A program made the position numbers and the translations under genes. From an uncultured Gemmatimonadales bacterium (GTDB lineage: Bacteria > Gemmatimonadota > Gemmatimonadetes > Gemmatimonadales > Gemmatimonadaceae): a DNA stretch of 64,000 nt. Under the pieces are notes generated by a model. That model searched no databases. It was given only the letters and a program-made list of their open reading frames with translations, and was not told the origin of the DNA. Positions 19,635 through 29,958 of the stretch are shown piece by piece. The stretch covers positions 1,088,001 through 1,152,000 of the forward strand of contig CAWKMU010000003.1 of assembly GCA_963850905.1 (NCBI GenBank). Direction: 5' to 3'. The number at the start of each line of letters is the position of its first letter. Within the stretch, counting starts at the first letter, position 1.

Positions 19635-21390
19635 ATGGCGGGGAGAACGAACGTGCGGTGCACACAGCAACTCGGATTGTTCGTTTGCCTTGCTGCGATC
19701 GCGGGGTGCGGCGGGTCATCGAGACCCACGGGACCCAGTGTCACGGTCACCACGGCGTGCTCCCCATCGGATACCGTCACGATCGCTCCCCTCCAGGCGG
19801 TCACCTTCGACTGCTCGAATGGCGGCAATGGCTTTACTCTGGCCGGCGGCGCGGCGACCTATCTCGTCGTCCCCGAGTTCGCCACCGGTGATGTGCCCTA
19901 TTCCTTCCAGACCTATGCGCTCGGCCGATTCGGCACGCCGAACCTCAAGCCAGCGCCCATGGCGAGTCGTACTGCGATGGCAGCTCCACTGCTCCACAAC
20001 GCGAGCGTGTCGAACCAGCGCCAGGCCGCGTTCGACCTCCGCATGCTGGCGGCAGGACGCAAACGCGCGTCGGATCTGATGGGTGCCCTATCGGCGCGGC
20101 CTCCTGCTCCCACCAAGGTCAGAGGCGGCGGGCCACCGCCCAGCATCCGGAGTTTCCGAGTGGTTGCTGACTCCTCCGGCACCACCTACAAGACCAGCGT
20201 CGCGCGGCTCTCGTACACGGGCACCAACGTCTACGTGTACCTGGATACCGCCGCGCCCAAGGCGCCCGGCGGTTTCACAGCCGCGCAACTCCAAAAGTTC
20301 GGCCAGTACGCCGATCAACTGCTGTATCCGCTGGACCTCAATACCTACGGCCCACCGACGGACATCGATGGCAACGGGCACGTCATCATGCTGCTGACGC
20401 AGATCGTCAACGGACTGACGCCCAAGTCGGAATGTGCGACGGAAGGGTACGTGGCCGGGTTCTTCAACTCATTGGATCTCGATGACCCGTCGGACGGCAA
20501 CTCCAACGCGGGCGAGATCTTCTATCAATTGGTCCCCGATTCACTCGGAACCTTCAGCTGCGCCCACAGCGTGAGCGACGTCGAGTCAGTCACGCCCGGT
20601 ACATTCCTGCACGAGCTGCAACACATGATCAACAACGGGCAGCATGTGCTCATTCACCACGGGCAGCCGGAAGAAGGATGGCTGGACGAAGGGGAGAGCA
20701 TCGTCGCGACCGAGCTGGGCGCGCGATACTATGACGTGAAGTATCCGCCGCCGAGCGACCGGACGTCAGCGGGCCAGTTGTTCCCGGACTCCGCAGAGCC
20801 GTTCATCTCGGAGCAGCTCAACGATTCCTACAACTATCTGACGGCGCCCGATACCGCCTCCCTCACGCTGCACACGGATGCGGATTGCTGTCTCGCCTGG
20901 CGCGCAGGCGACTGGCTTCTGCTGCGCTACGTCGGAGACCAGTTCGACTCCACGGTGTACGCGCGGCTCGATCAGAGCAACATCACCGGCACCGCCAACC
21001 TCGCCCACGCTACGGGGATCCCGTTCGCACAGATGTTCGCGAACTTCGGCCTCGCCCTCTACACGGACAGCATCCCCGGCGTCGCCCGCGCATCGATCCC
21101 GGCGGCGAATCGGTATGTGTCCTACAACTTGCGACAGCTGTACGACCGCCTCTACACCACATGTCAACCCAATGGGTGCGGCGACGGGCATCGATAACCC
21201 GTTCCCGATCGTTGTGCAGAATCTCGCGCCGCCAAGCGCGCTCTCCGGTTCGATGGTCCCCGGAACGGTCAGCTTCTATCAGCTGACAACGTCGGGCTCG
21301 AGCCCAGTGAGCGTCGTGTTCAGCCAGCCGAGCGGCACGAGTTTTCCAGCGTCCCTCCAGCCGCAGGTGGCGGTGTTTAGGATCAAGTAG
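19635..21390 (+). pseudogene. Lipoprotein zinc metallopeptidase (M30-like) with a late +1 frameshift (likely assembly error)
   Basis: Lipobox IAGC, DIDGNG, HELQH plus WLDEG. Removing one G from GGG at 21186-21188 joins ...CGD to GIDNPFP... and the stop at 21390. Confidence 0.7.
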
Positions 21391-21394
21391 GGGG

Positions 21395-21510
21395 TAGACG
21401 TTGGACGTTGGACGTTAACAAACCTCGAGGCCAGCTGCGTGCACCCGCGGCTGGCCTCGAGATTTGTCTCCAACGTCCAACGTCCAACGTCCAACGTCTA
21501 ACGTCTAACG
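21395..21510. repeat. Heptamer-armed palindromic element (GACGTTR type)
   Basis: (GACGTT[GA])x3, ACAAACCTCGAGGCCAGC...GCTGGCCTCGAGATTTGT, then (TC[CT]AACG)x6. Near-copy of 16881-16987 in the opposite orientation. Confidence 0.9.
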
Positions 21511-21520
21511 CTCTAGCCCC

Positions 21521-22168
21521 TCACGACGTTCCGATGCCCGCGCCCTCGACCTGCCAATCCGTCGACAGCGCACTCGATCCCCACATGACAATGAGCTTGC
21601 CATGGAGGCTCGTGTCGCCCTCGGTGCGTCCGGGAAGCCACGAGGGGACCAGATAAACGGTGAAGCTGTCCATCGGCTCGGCCAAAGCGCGGTGCGTGAG
21701 CGCGGTCCGGCCGAAATCCTTGGACGCATCGTAGTCGGTGCCCCACTGGGACGTCTCGCGGCTTACGATGAGGTGCCAGCCATCACTGCCGTTGAGGAGA
21801 TACAGCGTGTAATCCCCGTGCGGTACATGGAGGGAGCCCAAAGTCAAATCGACGTCGGTGTGCAGTGCAGCCGCCATGTTGGCGCCAAAGCGCCAGACTT
21901 TGTCCTTGGGAATCAGCCCACCTTCGACCGCGCGGCCGCGGGCGTGGGGCTGTCCGTAGGTGATTGCGATCCGCGCCGGGCCACTGTACCCAGCGTCCTC
22001 AGCAAACCACTGGCGGCCGACCGGGCGTGAGTTGACGTGCACCTCGACCGATGCAAAGGAACTCGGGGCGAGCATGGGCCGCGGGGCGGCAGGTGACTGA
22101 CCGTGCACGGCGAACGGCACGAGTGCGGCAGACATCAGCACCTGCAGGACGGTGACATGTGTACGCAT
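21521..22168 (-). CDS. DUF2911 domain secreted protein
   Basis: Signal peptide, ITYGQPHARGR, VWRFGAN, GDYTLY, QWGTDYD. Confidence 0.8.
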   Translation of the reverse strand: MRTHVTVLQVLMSAALVPFAVHGQSPAAPRPMLAPSSFASVEVHVNSRPVGRQWFAEDAGYSGPARIAITYGQPHARGRAVEGGLIPKDKVWRFGANMAAALHTDVDLTLGSLHVPHGDYTLYLLNGSDGWHLIVSRETSQWGTDYDASKDFGRTALTHRALAEPMDSFTVYLVPSWLPGRTEGDTSLHGKLIVMWGSSALSTDWQVEGAGIGTS

Positions 22169-22222
22169 CGTGGGATCGGAAAGAGGTGAAGAGATCGGAG
22201 GTCGCAGACGTCTGTGACGACC

Positions 22223-23170
22223 TCAGAGGATTCTGGCGCCGAATGCGCTGACGACGAGGTCGACCGCGAGCGTCGCGGTTTGGTTGCGATCGTCCAGTAC
22301 CGGATTGATCTCGACCATGTCCATCGACACCAGCCGCCCCGAGTCGGCGACCATTTCGAGTGCGAGGTGCGCCTCGCGGAACGTGGCGCCGCCACGAACC
22401 GGCGTTCCCACTCCGGGCGCGTCGACGGGATCGATCCAATCGGGATCGCACGAGACGTGGATGCCACCTGTTCCCCGTCCGGCAATGGCGATCGCATTCG
22501 CCATCACGCTCATCAGACCGCGCTCGTCGATCTCGCGCATGGTGTAGGCGGCAATGCCGAGGTCGCGGATGTGCTTCCGTTCCGGCGGATCGAGATCACG
22601 CAGCCCCACCATGACCAGGTGTTTCGCGTCCACGGCGGGCGGGGAATGCGTGATCGCCGAGAGGCGCGGGTCGCCCAACCCGACGAGGTGCGCGACGGGC
22701 ATGCCGTGAACATTGCCGCTCGTGCTCGACGTCGGCGTGTTGATGTCGCCATGCGCGTCCAACCAGATGACGCCAACTCGCTGCTGCCGCTCCGCGAGCG
22801 CGGTGGCGACCCCGGCCACAGACCCCATGGCAAGCGAGTGGTCCCCTCCAAGCACAAGTGGTGTGACGCCGGCTCGCACAGCATCGGCGGTCACCTGGGC
22901 CAGCTGTCGGCAGACGGTCGCGATCGCCGGGATCGATTCGGGGCCGCAATCCGCCAGTTGCTCGCGCTGGGACACGATCAGGTTCCCCACGTCGTCCACT
23001 TCATGTCCAAGCGCGCGAAGCCGTTCGACCAGTCGCGCAATGCGGAGAGCAGAGGGCCCCATATCCACCCCACGGCGGCTCGCCCCCAAGTCGAGCGGGA
23101 CGCCAATGATCCGCAGGGATCGGGGCACCGCCACACGCCGTCCCAAGCTCGCCGCCGGCGCCGAGGTCAT
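22223..23170 (-). CDS. rocF: Arginase
   Basis: GVDMGPSALR, GGDHS, DAHGD, SGNVHGMP, APGVGTPVRGG, VEINP. Confidence 0.93.
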   Translation of the reverse strand: MTSAPAASLGRRVAVPRSLRIIGVPLDLGASRRGVDMGPSALRIARLVERLRALGHEVDDVGNLIVSQREQLADCGPESIPAIATVCRQLAQVTADAVRAGVTPLVLGGDHSLAMGSVAGVATALAERQQRVGVIWLDAHGDINTPTSSTSGNVHGMPVAHLVGLGDPRLSAITHSPPAVDAKHLVMVGLRDLDPPERKHIRDLGIAAYTMREIDERGLMSVMANAIAIAGRGTGGIHVSCDPDWIDPVDAPGVGTPVRGGATFREAHLALEMVADSGRLVSMDMVEINPVLDDRNQTATLAVDLVVSAFGARIL

Positions 23171-23214
23171 CGCGCCCTCGCCGTCAGCGATGTCGGGGTG
23201 GTTGTGGCGCGCAT
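23167..23214 (-). other. Putative leaderless 15-aa upstream ORF MRATTTPTSLTARAR overlapping the arginase start
   Basis: TAGATT 7 nt before ATG 23214; its TGA overlaps the arginase ATG (ATGA). Confidence 0.4.
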
Positions 23215-23250
23215 GGCAAGGAATCTATCTAGGGGCTAGACGCGGAAGGC

Positions 23251-23369
23251 TGGACGTTGGGAAAGGCTGGACGTTGGACGTTAGAGAACAAACTTTGAGT
23301 CCTGCTGGATGCGCCGGGCCAGCCTTCAGGTTTGTTTTCCAGCGTCCAACGTCCAACGTCCAACCTCTA
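23251..23369. repeat. Heptamer-armed palindromic element (GACGTTR type), diverged core
   Basis: GGACGTT units, GAACAAAC...GTTTGTTT core arms, TCCA[AG]CG units. Confidence 0.8.
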
Positions 23370-23376
23370 GCCTTTC

Positions 23377-24132
23377 ATGATCGACCTGACTAACAAGACC
23401 ATCCTCGTCACCGGCGGCTCGCGGGGGATCGGCGCCGCGATCGTGCGAGTCGTGGCACGCGCGGGGGCGAACGTTGTACTGCACTACGGAAAGCAGCGCG
23501 ACGCCGCGGCCGCCGTCGCCGCATCCGTGGGCGCCGACCGCTGCCACCTCGTCCAGGGAGACCTCGACCAAGTCGGCGCCGGTGCGCGTGTCTGGAAAGA
23601 CGCGCTCGCGTGGCAGGGCCATATCGACGTGTTGGTCAACAATGCCGCCGTCGCTCTCGACGCCGGTATTGAAGACGCAACGGCATGGACCGACGCGTGG
23701 CAACAGACGTTCCGTATCAACGTCCTCGCAGTGGCGGATCTCTGTCGAGAGGCCATTCTGCATTTCCGCGGACGCGGCGGCGGCACCATCATCAACATCG
23801 CCAGCCGAGCGGCCTTTCGCGGCGATGATCCAAACATGTTCCACTACGCAGCGTCGAAGGGCGCGGTCGTCTCGTTGACGAAGAGCATCGCGCGGGGCTA
23901 CGCTCGGGACGGCATCGTCGCCTACGCGGTTGCGCCCGGTTGGGTCCTGACCGAGATGGCGCGACCGGCGATCGTGTCTCGCGGGATCGACGCGCTCACC
24001 CGAGACATCCCGATGGGCGCACTTGCGCCGCCGGAGGAAGTGGCGAACATCGTCGCCTTCCTGGCGTCAGGACTGGCCCGCCATGCGACCGGCGCGACCA
24101 TCGATATCAACGGGGCATCCTATGTGAGGTGA
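23377..24132 (+). CDS. SDR family oxidoreductase
   Basis: TGGSRGIG, LVNNAA, YAASK, APGWV. Confidence 0.92.
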   Translation: MIDLTNKTILVTGGSRGIGAAIVRVVARAGANVVLHYGKQRDAAAAVAASVGADRCHLVQGDLDQVGAGARVWKDALAWQGHIDVLVNNAAVALDAGIEDATAWTDAWQQTFRINVLAVADLCREAILHFRGRGGGTIINIASRAAFRGDDPNMFHYAASKGAVVSLTKSIARGYARDGIVAYAVAPGWVLTEMARPAIVSRGIDALTRDIPMGALAPPEEVANIVAFLASGLARHATGATIDINGASYVR

Positions 24133-24183
24133 GGGACGGCATCTGGCGGGACTCGGGAGTCGGGACTTGGCAAACCGCATGCG

Positions 24184-24327
24184 ATGGGCGGCCTGAAAGC
24201 CGCCCCTACATGTTGCTGCGGGCGGCATCTGACCCCGAATTCGCGAACGCCAATCAATGAAAATCGGTAGGGCGGTGAAAATCTCGCCGCCCTACCGACA
24301 TGTAGGGGCGGCCTTCAGGCCGCCCAT
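24184..24327. repeat. REPIN-like doublet of GTAG-type REP sequences
   Basis: ATGGGCGGCCTGAAAGCCGCCCCTACATGT (24184-24213) and its 29/30 inverse (24298-24327), plus inner hairpin TCGGTAGGGCGG/CCGCCCTACCGA. Confidence 0.85.
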
Positions 24328-24372
24328 TTCATCCCGACCGTCTAGTTCCTAATCCCTAACCCCTGCTGTTCC

Positions 24373-24714
24373 TCACATCGGGCACTTCGTGCTGACCATC
24401 TTCATCTTGGTTACCGTCGCCGGCGTCGTGTCGTTGGCCATGGCCATGCCACTCGTGGTGAGCGTCACCTCATGCCCGACGTGGCCGCCGAGGCTCACCG
24501 CCGAGCTCTTCACCATCATCGACTGTCCGCCCTTCTCGACCAACTTGTACACGGTGCTCGAGGTGCCCTTCTCGAGGCACCCGGTGACGGTGTCACGGGC
24601 GACGGGCGTGACTGGGCTCATCGCGTGAACCCGCGGGGCCGTGCTGGCAGCCGCGACTGTTCCAACAGCGAGCCCACCAGCAACGGCAAGTAGTGACGCG
24701 ATGGGACGGCGCAT
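24373..24714 (-). CDS. Small secreted hypothetical protein
   Basis: GAGG RBS, signal peptide, TVTGCL...GHVGHEVTLT...MVSTKC with a probable disulfide. Confidence 0.7.
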   Translation of the reverse strand: MRRPIASLLAVAGGLAVGTVAAASTAPRVHAMSPVTPVARDTVTGCLEKGTSSTVYKLVEKGGQSMMVKSSAVSLGGHVGHEVTLTTSGMAMANDTTPATVTKMKMVSTKCPM

Positions 24715-24813
24715 ATCGACCTCAGGCGTGAAGGGGGGTGAGTTAACTGAGCCCAACGACTGAGAAAATCGTGCCTCGGCCGCCCCAGCAGCCGAGAAAG
24801 GAGAAGGCTGAGG

Positions 24814-26721
24814 TTACTGCACGACCGGGTTGGCCAGCACAGGCACGGTGATGCTCGACACCAGTGACGGCGAGTGATAGACGCGTTCCGTGGCGACGTG
24901 GAAGGCACTATCAGTTGCTGTGTTGATATCCGTAAAGGTTTGCGGGTTGCGATCGACGAGCGGAAACCACGTGCTCTGCACTTGCACCATCAGTCGGTGA
25001 CCCGGTTTCAGGGTGTGGAATACGTCCTGAATGGTGAAGGACACGGTCGTCGGTTGGTTGGGGACCAGTGGTGTCGGGGCGGTGAAGCTGTGGCGGAACT
25101 TCCCTCGCATGACATCGCCACGGATGAGTTGCTGGTACCCCGACAGGTGCACGCCCGGCGGGAGCCCCGGGGGATCCGCGGCGGAATCGGGGTAGACGTC
25201 GATCAACTTGACGATCCAGTCTGAGTCGGTTCCTGATGAGGCGACGCTCAGCTTGACGGTGATCGGACCGGCAAGCGTCAACGGGTCGGTCATGCCCGGG
25301 GTTTGATACACGAGTACGTCGGGCCGTGCGGATGCGAAGCGTTGGTCCTCGATCGTGTACTCGCGGTAATATCCGAACGAGGTCGCCGTCGTGTAGGGGA
25401 CTGGATGTCTCGGGTCACTGACGTAAGCGTCTGGCTTGTCGCCCGCGATGGGCGGCGTCGGCGCAAGCACACCACCGCCGCGCAAGTAGAACGTCATCGG
25501 ACGAGCCGTCGGTGGAGGCCACGCATCGAAGCGTCGCCATTGGTTCGTCCCAGTCTCGAACACGATGGCCTTGGGGAGTGCCGAGCCGCAGCGATCCTTC
25601 AAGTGGCAGGCGAAGAATGGCAGCTCGATCGAATCTCGGTAGAAGGCACCCGTCTGCTGGCCGAACGGGATCGCACCGAACTTGTCGCCCGCGTCTCGCG
25701 CCCAGCAGCCGTGACACCACGGTCCCATCACGAGCGTGCTTTTCGACTCGGGCGCCTGCTTCTGGGTGGCTCTGAACGCCTCGAGCGGACCGTACGGATC
25801 CTCGGCGTCGTACCACCCCCCGACGTACAGCACCCCTGGGGGCAGATGATGCAGGTGGGGCGCCAAGCTTCGCGTCTGCCAGAACGCGTCATACGTGTCG
25901 TGCTTCATGATCGAGTCCCAGAACACGGCCGTGTTGTGGAAGTACTTCACATCGGCGTTGGCGACTGGACCCATGTTGAAAAAGAAGTTGTAGCCATCTT
26001 GTGTGCCGTAGGTTGGCGCCGGTCCGTACGTCGTCACGGGACCGGGGCGGGGCCGGTCAAACGACGACAGGAATCGGAACGTCTGCGCGAGCATCAGCGC
26101 TCCGTTGTGGTGGCGATCGTCGCCCATGAACCAGTCAATGAGTGGCGCCTGCGGAGACGCCGCCTTGAGGGCGGGATGCGCGTCGATCATCGAAGCTGCA
26201 GTGAGGAAGCCGGGCGCAGAAATGCCCCAGATCCCCACGCGCCCGTTGTTGTGAGGCACGTTCTTGAGCAGCCACTCGATTGTGTCGTACGCGTCGGTCG
26301 ACTCGTCGGTGTCCTGCGAGCCGTGGGGATGGTCGATGTGCGGCGTCATGTACACGTACGTCCCTTCCGACATGTATCGGCCGCGGGCGTCTTGGTACAC
26401 GAAGATGTACCCGTCGCGCATGAATGCAGGTGATGGCCCAAGCCCCGCCGGAAACGTCGTGTCGCCATACGGTGCGACACTGTACGGCGTCCGATCCATC
26501 ATGAAGGGATACGACTGGGTCGTATCCCGCGGCGTGTACACGACTGTGTACAAATGCACCCCGTCGCGCATCGGAATGCGATAGGCGTGCTTCTCATACG
26601 CCGTGCGCACGGCCGCCGCGCCTGGCGGAGTCGCGACACCGCTCTCTTGGCCGTTGGCGATCGCTGCGGCAGTCACAAGGCCAGCAGCAATGACAGATAC
26701 GACACGGGGGAGTTTGGGCAT
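24814..26721 (-). CDS. CocE/NonD family hydrolase (alpha-amino acid ester hydrolase-like)
   Basis: IPMRDGVHL, RTPYS, QDARGRYMSEG, WGISAPG, GGWYDAED, GPWCHG, STWFPLVDRNPQ. Confidence 0.92.
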   Translation of the reverse strand: MPKLPRVVSVIAAGLVTAAAIANGQESGVATPPGAAAVRTAYEKHAYRIPMRDGVHLYTVVYTPRDTTQSYPFMMDRTPYSVAPYGDTTFPAGLGPSPAFMRDGYIFVYQDARGRYMSEGTYVYMTPHIDHPHGSQDTDESTDAYDTIEWLLKNVPHNNGRVGIWGISAPGFLTAASMIDAHPALKAASPQAPLIDWFMGDDRHHNGALMLAQTFRFLSSFDRPRPGPVTTYGPAPTYGTQDGYNFFFNMGPVANADVKYFHNTAVFWDSIMKHDTYDAFWQTRSLAPHLHHLPPGVLYVGGWYDAEDPYGPLEAFRATQKQAPESKSTLVMGPWCHGCWARDAGDKFGAIPFGQQTGAFYRDSIELPFFACHLKDRCGSALPKAIVFETGTNQWRRFDAWPPPTARPMTFYLRGGGVLAPTPPIAGDKPDAYVSDPRHPVPYTTATSFGYYREYTIEDQRFASARPDVLVYQTPGMTDPLTLAGPITVKLSVASSGTDSDWIVKLIDVYPDSAADPPGLPPGVHLSGYQQLIRGDVMRGKFRHSFTAPTPLVPNQPTTVSFTIQDVFHTLKPGHRLMVQVQSTWFPLVDRNPQTFTDINTATDSAFHVATERVYHSPSLVSSITVPVLANPVVQ

Positions 26722-26780
26722 GCAGGGATAGTAGTGCCGGCAGCCGGTCGACGGCCAGCGCTGCGCGTTGTCGGACCTGA

Positions 26781-26843
26781 GACGTTAGACGTTGGACGTC
26801 GAGGTTTTTTCATCCAACGTCTAACGTGTAGCGTCTAACGTCC
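26781..26843. repeat. Heptamer-armed element with internally deleted core
   Basis: GACGTTA GACGTTG GACG, only TCGAGGTTT of the core remains, then TCCAACG TCTAACG TGTAGCG TCTAACG. Contains the upstream gene's stop codon. Confidence 0.8.
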
Positions 26844-28415
26844 AAATATGAGCTGGATCTCGTGCGTGCTCCCCCGTTGGGCTGTGGGGAACTGCCAGTG
26901 AAGGACTCGCTCCCGGATGCACGATTCCACCTGGTCCGAGCCATGTCCCGACCAGTGATGCTGCGGGACAGTGACCTCGGAGACAGTGCCGTCGCTTTGA
27001 ATGACCATCCGCACTTGGATCTGGCCGGCGAGCGCCGGATCCTTTCGCAACCCGAACTCCGTATAGCAGAACTGAAGGAGTTGCTGCCGCTGTCGGATGA
27101 CATCGCCCAACACGGACGGGGGCAGACGTCCCTCGGTGCTGAGCGCAGTCTCCGCGATAGAGTCACCCGGGCTGTCCGGGTCGGGGTGCGCGGAGGGCTT
27201 GCCGTCTTTGCCCGCCGACCCAGACCCCTTCGACGACGAACCGCCACCCGTAGACGAAGGAGCCGATCGAGCGCTGTCGGTGCCCGCGGTGGCGCTGTGC
27301 GGGTCTGAGCCAGGGCCAATGCGGAGCGAAAGAGGTTGTCCGGCCGAGTACTCGATTCGCGAGTCCGGCGCGTTTGCGAGACTGCGTGCGATTCGCGTGC
27401 TTGCGCTGTCGCGGGGCGCACTTGGCAAATGAGTCGCGCCGGATCCGGGAGTCTCGACTTTTGCGGAGATGGGCGAATGTGTGACTGTGTGCACCTTCGC
27501 GAGTGAGTCCGCGCCGAGTGACACAGGGACGACGAGTGTAGGCTTCGTGGGCGCGCTCACCACGGGGGCCGGCGGCGGTGGGATGGGCGGCTTCGGAGTG
27601 GTTGGCACCGCGGCAGCGGTTTGGTGTGCGGGGGCAATAGGGGTCGTCGTCGCGGCGGCCGTCGAGGGCTTCGCCGCAGCGGCGCTGGCCGGCGCGGGAG
27701 AAGAGGGCGGGCTCCCACCCGTGTGCTCAGCCGCAAGTGTCGTAGTAGGGGACCCAGCCGGGGCCGCAGGCCCCGCGGCTGGTGCCGGGCTGACCGGCGG
27801 AGCCGGTGGCGTCGCTGTCGCAACCTCCGCCCGGCGTGTGGCCTGGACCTTCCTCGCGATTTGCGCTGTCTGGCGAAGGGTGGGGATGAGCGGGCGCAGC
27901 CCGATCGCGTGGTACACTGTCGACACGGGCGCGGGCCCCGCAGCCCCAAACCGCGCGACCAGCGCCAACGCCTGGCCGAGGGTTTGTTCCTCGAGCGTGA
28001 GATCCCCTCCCGCAAACGACACGCGGATCATCGCGCTATCTCCGCCTCCACGACCGCCGGCGGCGCTGTCAGCGGCGATGAAGGTAGCCAGCGCGTCCGC
28101 CCAATGGTCGGTCTCGTCAGCGGTGAGTACGGACGGATGCGCGAAGGCCGACCGAAACCCCTTCGCGGCGAACACCAGCACAGAACCGTCTTCCTCAACG
28201 CGGAGCCAGACGATCGTCCCCCCGCTGGAGAACTGGCCGGTTTCCTGGGCGAGCGAGGGTCGCCCGCCAGCGCGTGGCTGCTGCGCGTCCAGCAGACCAG
28301 AGCCGATAACGCCGGGTGCGGTACCGGCCGCCATGATGAACAGCACGATCGTCCACAGAATCTGACCGGCAGACGGCATCGCGCGTGCGCTCGGAGCGCG
28401 ATCTCGCATCTGCAA
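26835..28415 (-). CDS. Pro/Ala-rich protein with C-terminal TonB-like (AgmX/PglI-type) domain
   Basis: N-terminal TM, long PAT-rich linker, QLLQFCYTEFGLRKDPALAGQIQVRMVIQSDGTV...VESCI...WQFP. Confidence 0.7.
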   Translation of the reverse strand: MQMRDRAPSARAMPSAGQILWTIVLFIMAAGTAPGVIGSGLLDAQQPRAGGRPSLAQETGQFSSGGTIVWLRVEEDGSVLVFAAKGFRSAFAHPSVLTADETDHWADALATFIAADSAAGGRGGGDSAMIRVSFAGGDLTLEEQTLGQALALVARFGAAGPAPVSTVYHAIGLRPLIPTLRQTAQIARKVQATRRAEVATATPPAPPVSPAPAAGPAAPAGSPTTTLAAEHTGGSPPSSPAPASAAAAKPSTAAATTTPIAPAHQTAAAVPTTPKPPIPPPPAPVVSAPTKPTLVVPVSLGADSLAKVHTVTHSPISAKVETPGSGATHLPSAPRDSASTRIARSLANAPDSRIEYSAGQPLSLRIGPGSDPHSATAGTDSARSAPSSTGGGSSSKGSGSAGKDGKPSAHPDPDSPGDSIAETALSTEGRLPPSVLGDVIRQRQQLLQFCYTEFGLRKDPALAGQIQVRMVIQSDGTVSEVTVPQHHWSGHGSDQVESCIRERVLHWQFPTAQRGSTHEIQLIFGR

Positions 28416-28575
28416 CCGACGAGTCGGAGTGACGGGGCGTCACGCGCGCTGGCTGCGCGTGGGCGCGGACAATTTGGCCGCGGTGAGATTTTTCGGCCCT
28501 ACCAGCCGTGTCACATGAGGTGGGCGTGATACGTGTCAGGGCGCGCTTTTCTGCTCTCGGTACCAGGAGTGCTAC

Positions 28576-29913
28576 ATGACCAGGTGGACCCCGATCGCGG
28601 TTTTCGCACTGGCAGTCATGACCGCGCCGCCGTCGTATGTCGGTGCCCAAAGCAGCGCCGTGTCCGGGATGCCCTCGAGCGGCCAGGGACCGGGTATGTG
28701 GCGAGGACCCAAGCTGCGGATCGGAGTGATGGACCTCACCGCGTCCGCAGTACAGGGGCAGATGGGCGCGCCAATGATGGGCGCGCCGATGATGGGGGCG
28801 CCGGTGATGGGCGCTCCGATGGCGGGCGCGCCCGTGATGCAGCCGGGCGTCCCCATCACCGGGGCCGTCGGAGTGCCACCGGGCACACCGATCGTCGCTC
28901 CCGGCGGCGTGCCGGTCGGGACGCCCATTCAAGGGGCGCCGGTGGGCACGCCCCTCCCACCACCGCCCACCGCTGTGGGCGGGATTCCGGTAATGAGTAC
29001 CGCGGTGACGAACGTCATCCCGCCGCAGCCGGTCCAGATGATCCAGCAGCCACAGATGTCCCCGCAGCCGCAAATGGCCCAGGCCATGCCACCGGGTTCG
29101 ATCCCCCCACCGCCCAGCTTGGCGTTGGGGCTCACCGAGATGCTGACCACGGCGCTCACCCAGCAAACGCAGTTCGTCGTGCTCGAGCGGTCGAAGGTCG
29201 ACCAGGTGCTCAACGAGCAGAACTTCGGGGCATCGGGCCGGGTCGACCCCGCGTCGGCAGCGCAAGCTGGAAAGGTGCTCGGCGCACAGGTGCTGATCTT
29301 CGGCGACATCACGGAGTACTCGGAGAACCAATCGTCAGTAGGCGGTGGACTCAACGTGCTGAAATCCGTGACGGGCCAAGTCGGCGCGTCGATCAGCCGA
29401 GTGACGGCGCAGGTTGCCATCGACTTGCGACTCGTCGATGCGAATACGGGCCAGGTCGTGTCCTCCGTGCGTGGCGAAGGGAAGGCAAGCGCGACGGGCC
29501 TCGCAGCCAATTTTCAGACAATGGACCAGAACATTGGCGCGGGCGGATCGGCGCAGACCCCCCTCGGCCAAGCGTCGCGATCGGCAATCGCCAACGCCGT
29601 TGCCGGCATCGTCGAGGGGATGCAGAGAATCTCGTGGAGCGGGCGCGTGGTCGATGTGCGCGGCACACAGGTCTATATCAATGCTGGCGCGACACAGGGC
29701 ATCGCGACCGGAATGACCTTTGACGTGTACAACCAGGGCGAGGCACTCGTTGATCCTGAGACCCATCTCTCGCTGGGCACTCCGGATACGCGGGTCGGCG
29801 GCGTGACCATCGTCAGTGTCGCACCACAGTATGCCGTCGGTCAGATCACCGACGGGACCGGGATGAAGCGGAACGACGTGGTGCGCTTCAAGGGGGCGGG
29901 GAATGCGCCGTAG
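28576..29913 (+). CDS. CsgG/HfaB family protein with low-complexity insert and C-terminal beta domain
   Basis: AGGAG RBS, signal peptide, EMLTTAL...FVVLERS...EQNFGASG...GKVLGAQVLIFGDITEY, IDLRLVDANTG, VYINAG. Confidence 0.8.
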   Translation: MTRWTPIAVFALAVMTAPPSYVGAQSSAVSGMPSSGQGPGMWRGPKLRIGVMDLTASAVQGQMGAPMMGAPMMGAPVMGAPMAGAPVMQPGVPITGAVGVPPGTPIVAPGGVPVGTPIQGAPVGTPLPPPPTAVGGIPVMSTAVTNVIPPQPVQMIQQPQMSPQPQMAQAMPPGSIPPPPSLALGLTEMLTTALTQQTQFVVLERSKVDQVLNEQNFGASGRVDPASAAQAGKVLGAQVLIFGDITEYSENQSSVGGGLNVLKSVTGQVGASISRVTAQVAIDLRLVDANTGQVVSSVRGEGKASATGLAANFQTMDQNIGAGGSAQTPLGQASRSAIANAVAGIVEGMQRISWSGRVVDVRGTQVYINAGATQGIATGMTFDVYNQGEALVDPETHLSLGTPDTRVGGVTIVSVAPQYAVGQITDGTGMKRNDVVRFKGAGNAP

Positions 29914-29958
29914 CGGCTGAACGCCGGGTCGGGGATCTGCGACTGCCAATCACAACGG

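Noticed and set aside
16881..21510. Repeats as a CRISPR array or composite transposon ends
   Set aside because: No repeat-spacer periodicity, no cas genes and no transposase; similar elements are dispersed across the window.
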